Of a stretch of 64,000 nt of DNA, positions 12,401 through 24,400 are shown piece after piece; positions within the stretch are counted from its first letter, which is position 1, and each line of letters opens with the position of its first letter. The notes under the pieces are model-generated. The model did no database searches, had not been told where the DNA came from, and saw only the letters and a list, made by a program, of their open reading frames with translations. A program made the position numbers and the translations under genes. Where the stretch lies: positions 858,353-922,352 of the forward strand of contig NMRA01000120.1 of assembly GCA_002633005.1 (NCBI GenBank). Direction: 5' to 3'. Origin of the DNA: Phoronis australis (lineage: Eukaryota; Animalia; Phoronida).

Positions 12401-15400
12401 AAAGACATTATCACGTGATAAGTTACATTTGGTGCGGACGTGTCAAACGATTTTGAACAAGTAAGTGAAGTACGAAAGGCAAAACTTGGGGGTTTTACTT
12501 AGCATCAGTTTGAGTTCTTGTTTGCAGCAAGGCAATGTCGACTGAATTATGTTGAAGTGTAAATAAAAACACGTGTAACCGTTTCAAATCACCATTCTTA
12601 CTGTTAAGCAAGAGTAATCGTATGAGCGGTATGTATGATGCTCCAATTTTTTCCAGTCAATCTTAACACGAAATTAACACCAAAAGTACAGCATCTGTTA
12701 CACAGTTTGTTATTTGACCTATGGTCATCCATTTTACATAAAACAGATCCCAGGCCTGAGGTCCATAGAGGAAAGAATGTCGGGAAATAAGCTAGTGTGG
12801 ACACGTGTTCTGCATGTAATACATGGCGATGTCTTGCGTTTTCGCGATGTTCTAGCTTCTACCGAACGCACGTCAGGCACATTTATACTTTTTTGTGCTC
12901 TGAGGCACACTGTCCGATACTGCTTTCATGTTTCAATTATTCAATTTTGAATTGCAAATAAAAATGGACTCGTGAAAGTTTTGGTAGTTTTTTTTTGCGT
13001 CACGACTACATTACTGATCACCGTTCTTCAAAGAGCTGTCAAGGAACAAAATGCATGAAACTTCTGTCATTCACAAGCCCATTTGATAGAATATTTGTCA
13101 GTTTCCGTACGACGTTATCATGTTCATATAAGAAATGGGTGTTTAGTGATAATGTATTTACCAACTTTATGACACTACTTGGACCCACAAACAGTAATAT
13201 AATTGCACAGTCACATCACATTTTCAAAAAGTTTGCAGGCCTTGGAATTTTTTCGATTCTATCACGAGGTTAATTTAGCACTTGATTTTTTTTGCTTAAC
13301 GCAATGTTCCAAATACCCAGTTCAGATAGGAACTGAAATTGAAAATAAAACGGCCAGAGTGGGTAACTTGTCGGCCTGTTAACTCGTCCGTCAGACTATA
13401 ACTGAACTGGTGCTAAACGTTCAATTTGCAAGTCTTTGACATAAGAAGTATCCAAAAGTACCATTAACCATATTGACAAAATACTTTAACACTCCGCATA
13501 CAAGCCGTAATGGCAGCAGATCGGTCTAGAAGTCATGAAAAGGGCATATATCAGCGACGTCTTTTTGGCCGTGTTAGTAGGGCGAGGGGCCACCCAAATT
13601 AGCCGAAGTTTATTCTGGAGATCTGTGTTTTGTTTTTTTAGATACGTGTAATTCGAGTACTGCTAGGCTAACTCTAAGACCAACCACGAAGGAGCGTCCT
13701 CGTGGCAACAGTTGGACAGTGTTGTAATTTTTAAAACATTGAATCCTGACCAACACCCTGTGGCTGGCTTGCCGTTATTCCACATGTCGAGGTAGCGGAC
13801 TAGTAGCCACTGACCACGTAGTGAAAGTGACAACTTTACACAAAATAAATGGAAAACCGTGGGTTCGGCCCAACTATACGAGAAAAAAAATTCTACCGAT
13901 CATATCGTGGAGTTGTGCTATAGTAACTTTATTTATTCCTAACAGTATATTCGTAAGACGGAACTTGTACCATTCAACGTGAAAATGGCCAGAGTTCTTA
14001 ACATCAGTTGTTGGCTTCCGCCGGCAACCAAGGCTCCACCTTTCACCACCTTGAAGTGCTTAGCAATTTACTGCCTAATTATTCTCGTTTTTAGTTTTGT
14101 CATTTTATTTTATTTGGCTGAGTCAAAAACGCCAAAATGACGTCATACTAAACAAGCGAATCATAATACTATTATGATAACGGAACTTGACAAAAACTGT
14201 ATAATTATACGAGCTTGGAAATTATGTGAAAAATCTCATTTCAATGTGATAGACTAAAAACTATAAGTGAATCTATCCTATCTGTATCTGTGCCAGGCGG
14301 CTAAACACTCTTCATGTATACTTAAGGAGAGTTTAAGTGTCAACGACAAAAGAGTTTGAAGAGCATTGAAAGCGATTAAATTTGAGACAAGTTTTCCTAC
14401 AACACCGCCATACGCTAGTTTTATTCGAAGCCTGCTGAGTCAAACTAGTGGAACGGACGGAAGCATCTCAACAGGTATGTCAACCTCTCCAAAGTGGGTC
14501 CACAAACTCTTTTCACAACCGTCAATTCAATCAGCTCAAACAGTAATACTCACGCTTGCCAATCTGGCAGAATTTGTACAGAGTTTTCGATTTTCGTAGT
14601 CATACTTACCTTTACAACCACTAAGAGCAGGAGTCCAAAACCCGGAACTTCTAGAGCAGGTGAAAGATTTTGATGTACTTCCATCCGTAAATGCTGCGTT
14701 ACTGACGCACTGCAGTGTGACAGACTGTCCTCTTTCAACCGTTTGGGACGACTGACTTCCACGAACACCAGACACTGCATTTGCGTTCAGGTTACCAAGA
14801 TTTAGCTGACACGGTGGCAAGACTGTGTATAATTGGGATCACTGAATGTTGTTACAATTTTGTGATTTATTGAATCATTTCCAAATTTAAGGATAGGTGT
14901 ATCTCCACTTTATGATTTATTTTACTTTGCTTTTCATCAGGGCAAGTATGTCCTGTTTGAAGGGGTATTTGGCCAGCAATTTTCATTAAGACATATCTTA
15001 AAAACGACGTCCATTTACACAGTTTTAACTGACAGTCAAATAAGACTGATAAGTGTAACTGGAACGTCGTTTCTATTAAACTACGCCTAATAGGATTGTG
15101 GAAACAGGTCTTCCGACGCTATGTTTCAACTACAACAATTTGATTCTATACATAAAGATAGTGTCCCAAATAAAGAATACGAAGTCGTATACCGACCTAA
15201 TTCGGATTGTCCAGACAGGGTTTTTGACAAAATACGCAACTATACTTGTAAATACTTGGTTATCAAGGAACTGCAGCTTGAAGAATCTTTCTGTATTTTC
15301 CGTTTCTTAGAAATACTAAGTCGCGTTTGAAGCTGCCAAAGGTTTTTGAATTGAGGAGTGTCAGAATATATTTGAGCACGTTATATCATCATGTCAGTTC

Positions 15401-18400
15401 ACTTCAATTTTCCTTCGAAACTTTGCATAGCAAAGTTCTCGGAACTCAAAGCTCAATGAAGCGTTAAAGGAGCATGCCACCCAAAAACAACCTAATTTGT
15501 ATCAATTTAAATCGAGTAGTTCTACTTCATAACGACACGTACGGTTGCGTTACCTGACACCTGACGGCAGACGGAGGTGTTGAAATTATCCAATGACGTC
15601 ATCGGTTTCACACGCAGTCTGTTCAGCAGTTCACAACACGGGTTACTGGTGTCAGCTTATCGCTTGAAGTCATCGTTTAACACCAATAAATCATCAAACT
15701 TCGATGTAAAACCCTTAAAACTACACCGAGTTCTTATAAAAACGTGTTGTTTTATTTCGCTCTTACGGATTTATTAGTCTTTGGACACACCGTAGCCTAC
15801 AAAGTTCGGCAAGCCAATAAGGTCCGTAGCAGGAGTTTGGGGTCTGTTCGGAGATAATTTCGAAGCATTTTCCGTGAGATACAGACAGGAGAACCTAGAC
15901 CTGTGTTGTTTAGACTTGTGACTTTTTTAGTTCTAAACACAAAACGCTTGTTAGCCTGGTCAGTGGCTCGGAGCCCGATCAGGCCCGTCGCGGTGCCGGC
16001 CGGATTGACTCCGCGTTATCCCCGTCAGTGGCTCGGAAACTGATCAGACATCACGAACATAAACCAGCCAAAGTTCAGTGGAAACTAAAGTTTCAGTCAA
16101 GAAAATACTATACTAGTGAGCCAAAGTAATGTGCACCTGATTTATTGGTGAATTAGCCACGAAACTGCAAATCTACTTACTCGTCGGGGGCCTCAAATTC
16201 AGGTTCCGCTTTGGCCACAGCACCGTCAGGGTAGAAGTTGTACATTGACAATCATTATTTGAGTAAAGTAAATGTAAATAAAGATTCCCCTAACACCTGG
16301 CCGTGGGATGGAAATCGAGTTGTTTCACAACAGTTTCTGCCAGCAAACACTAAATTAGCACGAGCTCACACGGCCTCGGTGTCCCGGCTATTAGTTTTAT
16401 TGCACCTAAAGCCGGTAACGCAGTGATTTATTCATTGCTGGCTTCTCAAATCATTTGCACTTACGAACACTCCAAAGGCATTACAAATTTCATCTAATGA
16501 GACAGACTTTGTTTCAGTTTTATATAAGTATTGGTTAGGGTGAGAATAATTCATTTGGAAACAGAACGCTCAGTAATAAACGCCAACATGGCAACTCGCA
16601 ATCCCGACTTAGCACGAGCTAGAGCTTATCAGTCCCGACTTCGCAGGTGGATCGTTAAGTTTTAAAGGCTATCAATTCGAGCAGGAATACAGTGATGAAG
16701 AAATACTAGAGAGGCGCCGTGAACAAGCTCAGACAACGGAACGTATGGAGTTATTTGGTAAGCGGTGGCAGTTCGTCAGGCATCGGCTGTCGACGTCTGC
16801 AGGCCACAGACACGGAGATGTTTCGCGGCCTCATACTTGCTATTTACAGCGTACATTTCATTCTTCACTGCCATGAGCCACTTCCTAAGCATTTCGAACT
16901 CTCGAAGAAGTAAAAAACGATATACCCGCTTTCCTCGCAGCTGCTTAGTTCGGACAAGCGGGAACGATGCACCGCAACATAGCGGCATTCACTCTGCATA
17001 TGAACCACTGACGTCGCTAGCGTCGTTTCTCACCTTCTTCACAGGTTAACGCGACACCTCTTGGCGAGGTAAGGTCGACCGTATGCGAGGCGATGTGGAT
17101 ATAGACCGATTAAGACGGCAAAAAAGACTAATTAAATCGGGTGGCATTCTCCTTTAAAAGGCTCGTTTAGCACCTCACCTCATGGGACAGCTATTGCGTG
17201 ACCTATTAAAAGAGGGTAGAATATTGGTTTCAAAGTATTCCTTTAAACTGAAATTCACAATCGATTAAGACAAAAAGATAATCCTTGTTTGGTGTGTATA
17301 TTTTGACTGCGCATTTCTACAGTCTTCCAGTTGGTCACGCTGTATGTGATTAGTAGATTTGATCAAATGGGTAGTTACCTTTACACGGACTCAGTGCAGG
17401 ATTCCACGAGCTGTAACTTGTAGATCTAGAGGTAGAACTAGAGCACGTGAAGACCTTCGATGATGTTCCATCCGTGAAGACCTTGCTGTCTTTGCAAACA
17501 AGTGTCACAGACTGGCCCCTGCGTATAGTCTTCGGTTGGTTTCCACTCACAACCGCGTTCAAACTTGACAAGACAAGTTCGCACGAAGGCAAGGCTTAAT
17601 AAAATGGATTATTGTCATTATCACTTTGACTAGAGATTTCATTGTCATCTCTTCCGAAACTGACAAGCTACAGGTATCTCATGGGGTATCATCAGATATC
17701 TAATTACCTTTGTTAGAGCACGGACTTAGTACAGGACTCCATGAGTTGTAACTTGTAGATCTAGAGGTAGAACTAGAGCACGTGAAGACCTTCGATGATG
17801 TTCCATCCGTGAAGACCTTGCTGTCTTTGCAAACAAGTGTCACAGACTGGCCCCTGCGGATAATCTTCGGTTGGTTTCCACTCTCAATCGTCTGAGTGTT
17901 CAATCTTGTGTTTAACTTTTCCAGGGGAAGTTGGCATGAACGCACACCTGAATAAAAGATTTATTCCGTCATGAATTTGACCGTGCCACGAAGTTCGCGA
18001 ACATTTATGCTTGGCACAGTTTGCCAGTAAGCAAAGTAATCGGTTTACGACATTGATCGATCCGTTGAACACTTAAATGTTTATTTCAAACGGCAGTTTT
18101 CACTTTTAAAAAGATGTTGAATTTGAGTTAAGTATTTTGTGGTTATGCGTGCCTTTGTGTTAACATGTGTGAAATTACAGAGAGCCAAATCTCAATTTCA
18201 CAATTACGTCATGAGAACAGGCAAGCGTTCCTTTAGACTTTAGGTGAACGTTAATTCGCTATAAAACGGCAGGTTTGAACATGTTAAAGAAGATTTACCG
18301 TTCTCGGTGCACTGACTAAGTGTAGGACTCCATGAGGTTAAACTAGTAGAACTATAAGCAGAACTAGAGCATGTGAAGACCATCGATGACTTTCCATTTG

Positions 18401-21400
18401 CGAAGACTTTAATACCGAGGCACTGAAGAGTGATAGTCTGGCCCTTACTGATAATCGTCGGCTTGTTTCCACTAAGGGACAACGTAGTTTTCCATTCGGC
18501 GCTCAGCGTTGTCAAGTCAAGTTTGCACGAAGGCACAACTGAATGAAAATGATTACTAAGGTTATCACTTTGACACTGACACGTTAAATTTGGTGGATGT
18601 GGCAAACGATTTTGAACGTCGTTTTTATTACACTAATAGGATTGTGTAAATAGGTCTCCCAACACGATTTTTCGAAGTAACAATTTGATTATGTTTATGT
18701 TGACAGTGTCCCAAATAAAGAATACGAAGTCGTATACGGAACTAATTTGAAATGTCCAGACAGGGTCTTTGACGGAAATGTGCAACTATTGGTGTAAATA
18801 CTTGGTTATCAAGAAACTGCAGCTTAACGAACCTCTCTGTATTATCCGCTTGTTAGGTTATCATTTAACGATATACCTTGGAATACCAAGTAGCGTTTGA
18901 ATCAGTCAAATGTTTGAGAATTGAGGAGTGTCTGAATGTCTGAATATATTTGAGCACGTTTTATCATCGTCATGTCAATGCCCTTCGATTTTCCATCAAA
19001 ATTTTGCACTGCAAATTTCTTTACTCTGGTCACATACTATTTTGGATTTGACAATTTGAAAATCGTACATAAAGCAAGTTTCAGATCCCTTCTCTACAAT
19101 CTACAACAAATAGAAGGTTTTGGCCTATTTTCCAACGGTTTTTAGGTCAAACGGTTGGGTACATGTAGCCATTTGCTACTATATCCATTTTAACACCTCG
19201 GGTACTTTCGGCGTGAAACGTCATCATACGTTCAACCAATTTCTAGTTTGAAACCTATGTGCCTTGCTATAAGACTGAAGTGTGCACATGCTCGGAACAA
19301 TGTTTACCTCCCAGGGCAGGTTTGAGGCTACACAATAGCGGATTTGCAGCGCAGACGAATTACGCATTGCGCATGTGCGAGTTACTTCCTTCGCGAAGGC
19401 TCATGGGATAGCTTGTGGTCAGGCATGTCTTGAGCAGGCTGGATACTGTGTGCATTTGGAGTGATTTGCAAACTAAAAACCATGTTTCATTTTTTTGCTT
19501 TATAATACCAAGCAAGTCCTTTCTCTCGTTTGTAAACACAGCGTAGCTATGATCAGTGACCGTGTGACCGAGGGCACGACTGTCATCATGTTCATCGGCG
19601 TTGATTTCGAAATCTCCTCCGGGGTTTCAGACAAGTTGAGAGTTCTTGGGTGGCTTAACTTTTGTAACTTTCGCCGTGGATATGCTAGAGACGTTAATTT
19701 TAAGAGGAAACTCCGTCCGAATATTGTTCTCATAAGTCTTTTTTCCACCAGGNACGCAATCGCTTTGAGGCGGGGTTTTGAACCTCATTCATGTCGCGTC
19801 TTTTGAGACATCAGTAAGTTTTTGCGCTTCTCGCATGACCTGTAGTGTGTTACGACACGACTGGTTAATAACACCGAGTACGTAATTTTTTTATATTACA
19901 TAGACGAATCACAAAGTAGTGCGAAGTAGAAATCCATACGCCTTACATTTTATCGTCTGCAAAACACAAATACCAAAAAACCAAACGCGCACCAACCAAG
20001 TACCGGAATTTCGTAAAGGTGACAAGATTATGATTGACAAATCGGGTTTCGCAACTGTACGTACTCCCAGTCGGAAAGACATGCAAAGAATTTCTTAAAC
20101 GGACCAATCTTCGGTGGCGAATTCCATATCCACATTCATTCAAACGGAGACGAACCCCTCCTCAAGAAACGCTTGCCCAGCTGTGCTGTCTCAAGGTCAA
20201 TTTAGTGCTCACGCGTTGGGACTGCTGACTGTTATTTGTAAGCATTTGATAACATTTAAACTTCAAAGACTATTTATTAGATTCTAACTTGAACATTTGT
20301 TACGAAAGCTGAATGTAGTTTACAATTGTTAAGTTTAAAATAAAACTAAACAAAGACTATCTGAGTTCACCTTACATTGCCCAAGCGTGTTTTAACATAA
20401 GTTGCATCATGTGTCATGTGTGCATTTCCTGCCTTCAAGACTAGAGGATCACAAAATACTGAGACTTAACATTTCATGGTCATTGCCTATGGGTTCAAGC
20501 CCTGATACTTACCTCGGTCTTTGCAAGGGATGAGAGCAGGAATCCATGACCCTTCATTCTTAGAGCACAGAAATGATTTTGACGTGGTTCCGTCTGCAAA
20601 CGCCTTGTTGTCAAGGCACTGAAGTGTGACAGATTCCTCTCTGTCGACCGTAATCGATTGCTGTGTTCCGTGTATGCCGCCCACCGTATCAACGTTTAAT
20701 GTGTTCAGATTTAGGAAACATGGTGATAACTCTGTAAGTAGTTGAACGCATTAGATTGAAATAATGGCATTCTCAGGACCTTTTGCCAGATGTTGTTAGA
20801 AAGTAACTCGGTTTTTTTTGGAAAAGGAGGAGACTTTTAGCACTTCAAAAATTTCAGTTCCTACGTGCCAATCAAGTTGTTATACTATCAGGCAATCAGA
20901 GTGCAGGGAAATGTAAACAACTTCCATTATAGTCCCGTGCCTGAGATTTTATTGTATCTGTCAATGTTCTGTAACGTAGAAAATAAACCCGAAACTGAAA
21001 GAGGCGATCCAGATCCTCCTGTGTGTAGAAAAGTCTGGATGTTCCCCCGGCCCTATGTTCTCTCTTCCCGGAGCCTTGTCCATATTTTTTGCATATCAGA
21101 AGTTTATTAAGTCGAAAATGAACAATTGAAAGTGAAACAACTGGATTTGCCTGTTATCTTTGGTAAATTGCTTAATTTTCCATAAGCATCGGCCAAATAT
21201 TATCTTAGTGCCACAATTATATGAAGCAAGCATCAACATGCAACATATATAATGCGTTTCTCGTTACTGTTTCGGCGCACATGCCTAGGCCCATGTACCT
21301 CAGCAGCACCGAAACATCACCCTTTAAACGCAGAAATTAAATTAACGAGTAAAGGGGAACATCGTTGTGCTTGATAAATTTGTCAAAGTTAAAGTTCATT

Positions 21401-24400
21401 TTGTGCGAAAGGCGTCATGTCTTTTTATGTGCAACTTATTAGTAAAGCGGCGTATTTGAAGAGAATGGGCGCTTACTTTTGACTTTTTGTCCTGGCAACG
21501 GCAGAACGTTCACCAGCGCCGACTGAATCTCGTAACCGAGTTTGTTGCCAATCAGACATTGCACCCTGACGGATTTCTGAATATTTAGCAGCTTAAGTTC
21601 GGTGTAGTCACCTCCGTCATACAGCACGACGTCTCCAGTGTGTTCTAAACGATGCAATCATCATCATCATCACCACCTTCGGCATTATTATATGTGTTTC
21701 CATTTTTAATAGACCTACCGTGTTCTTGTAGCCGTTGTCTTTACAGCATTTGAATCTATCTAATAAATCTTTCACGATTGCACGTTTCACTTTAGCTGCC
21801 AAGCTACAAGAATCAACTATAATATCTAGCATGGCTTGATGTTTTAATCACGACAACAGTTCTCTCACTTTAACAGTATCATTCACTTCACAGAGCCTTC
21901 CTGCTCCTCTCGTCCCATCTGCAACTCAATACAAGCTTAATTTTCAACATACTTGTTCTGATCAAGTCACATCATCCCATCAACACAAGGCAATTCTAAA
22001 CCATGACTGTGGAATAATGCGGGCGTTATTCAACTAAGGTCTGATGCTAAATGTCTTTTCAAAATCCAAATTTCCATCGCAGCCACAGTCATCAAAATGA
22101 CAAGACACGGGTCCACACTCAGAGTTGTCTGTGACCCAATAGAATACAAGTGGGTTCACTTTAGACATTCACGCAACAGTAATAACATGATTCTTCTTGC
22201 ACGAACACAGAATTATATCCTTAAAAATTGAAACCCAGTTATTTGAACTGAAAATGCAAAAACAACTCACTGCTATATTCCTTACGAAACTTCAACAAAC
22301 TTTTCGAGAGCTCGAATTTGTGTAGCTCACAAGTATCATTGCTCCTTGATTAGTTCGCTCGGGATAGTAAGACCTTCGTTGTTGAAATTATGTCATATCA
22401 CGAACCTCGTCATTATTGAATTTCCCACTATTATCCAAATAAAGTCGATGTTTTATACAGACTAATCTTGAGGTCTGTTTCATGCAAAGTGAATCAAGAG
22501 TTTTAGGACAGAAATTAGCTCTTACGTTCCCAATTCATTAGTGACCAAAGGTTTAGTGATGCCATTATAAGCGCGTCACAGTCTACAAATAACTTACAGA
22601 AACTACCCTCAGTAACTACAAGGTACTTGTACATTCTCGAGACTTATTAAGTTTGCTCGACTGTGATTTGATTATTTTCCAGCAATACTTCTGTGCTGCG
22701 AAAGACAAAATTTCTGACTGAAGTAAATTAGTAACTTTTCATGAAACAGTCCCCAGTTCTCGAGAAAACCATTTGCAAACTGTTGATCTCTTGGGTCTCC
22801 TAATGCAGTCTGAACTGATGCGAATGAAAATACTGTACCAATAATAGGGAACCACAGAAAGGTTCTGAATGATCAACATCGACAACAGCTATCTCGTCAC
22901 ATCCTGTTTCCAACGGCAATCCACCACAGGTTTTGATGGCGTCTTTTTGAATTGTTCACATGTTGTGCACTCATTGTTAACCAGATGTAGAAATATAAGC
23001 ATTTCATTACAGAGACCAGCACCACTCAGCCATGACTTATCAAAGAAGCATCACCAAACTGTTTGTGTGACTTTTCATAACTCAACTTCTGTTCACCCGA
23101 GCTAGGCAAGATTTCCTCATAAAAGTCTTCACACACGACATCTCCGAGATATCAAACTACGATATGGAGCCTTTCCAAACGTTTCAACGTAAACATTCTT
23201 CAAATCCAACTTTGTCTCAGCTGGCAAAACGGAAACTTTCGTATGCTTTCCAAAACAGATAGGGGATTTTTACCTGTTCCTCCACGTCTCAATGCCGGAA
23301 CTTCATTCTTTACTCTGGTCTAAAGGTGTTACAACATGTAGGAAACTGGGACCTGCCAAAGATACGCTTAATAGACGACTTCCCTAAAGTCAAATAACCA
23401 CAAGATATAATTGCAAGCTGTTTTTTTTTGTCATTCAGTTCATCAGTTGCTGGAAACGTAACCGACGCAACTCCGTCCGCTAACTCTTTATCTTGTGCCC
23501 GATTTCAATTTCAAAAATGTAGTCATTTATTTTGGTACTCTTTTTAACGACCTGGTCAAACCGCTTATCGGCTTCAAATAAGGACCCTTGAGCTCTTCAA
23601 AGAGCCAAAACGTTGTGTCAACTCATCATTGCTATTCAGAGACTTCTCTAATACATTTAAGGCTGCTTGCCGTCCTAAATTTAATATTCAGAGTAGCAGC
23701 CAACGCCCAGTTGTCTTTTGCTTGAGTGGTGACCTTTTTTCAATTTCAATTTTTTCTTTCAGGCTTAATCGTCATTGTCGTCAAATACTGGCGGGTTTTT
23801 GTAATTTTTCCTCCCATTGACAAGTCTGTTACAGTGCTGGCTTTGCTACTTTTGGTAAAGCTCGTATACGCTAAAAACATTTATTGTCGAGACAAATCCG
23901 ACAAAACATGGTGAATGCTACACGATGAAGACAAAACTAACGCTCAGGACCCACCTAATGCGGTCATAAACCCGTCTTCTGTCACTAATCCAACTATTGA
24001 TTAAGACTGTTTGTCTTTTTGAAATTGGTCTCAAATTTTTTCTTACTCAACTTGGAAGTGATCTCAGGGCTTCCAAAGAACTCCTATTTCGCTGTTCTTT
24101 GAGACAATGCACGACGCACAAAGTGACACTCCATGAAAAGGAGGTTGCTCTCAGCCAATAAGTAACTGTCAGTTCTTTCCAAAGACAAAAACCACTTCTC
24201 ATCCGAGTAAGAAACACGTTGAGAAAAGTTTTATGGTGGAAAATGGTCTAAATCATAATGGACACTTTGGAAGGAGCAAGGAATTTAGCTGTGTTAAGTC
24301 ATAAAAAGACATACGGTTTTACATTACTCGACACCCGGAGCAAATACGATTTGTGATTTTAACGATACTTTGAGCTGTCTGCTTCGAGATGTACTTGTAA

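Noticed and set aside
95-20692. Sushi-like ORFs as independent small genes
   Set aside because: Most start at GTG/TTG just inside an AG acceptor, and similarity ends exactly at a GT donor; they are exons of one gene.
21880-23900. Possible decayed LINE or other coding remnant
   Set aside because: No recognisable RT or endonuclease motif could be read in any frame.
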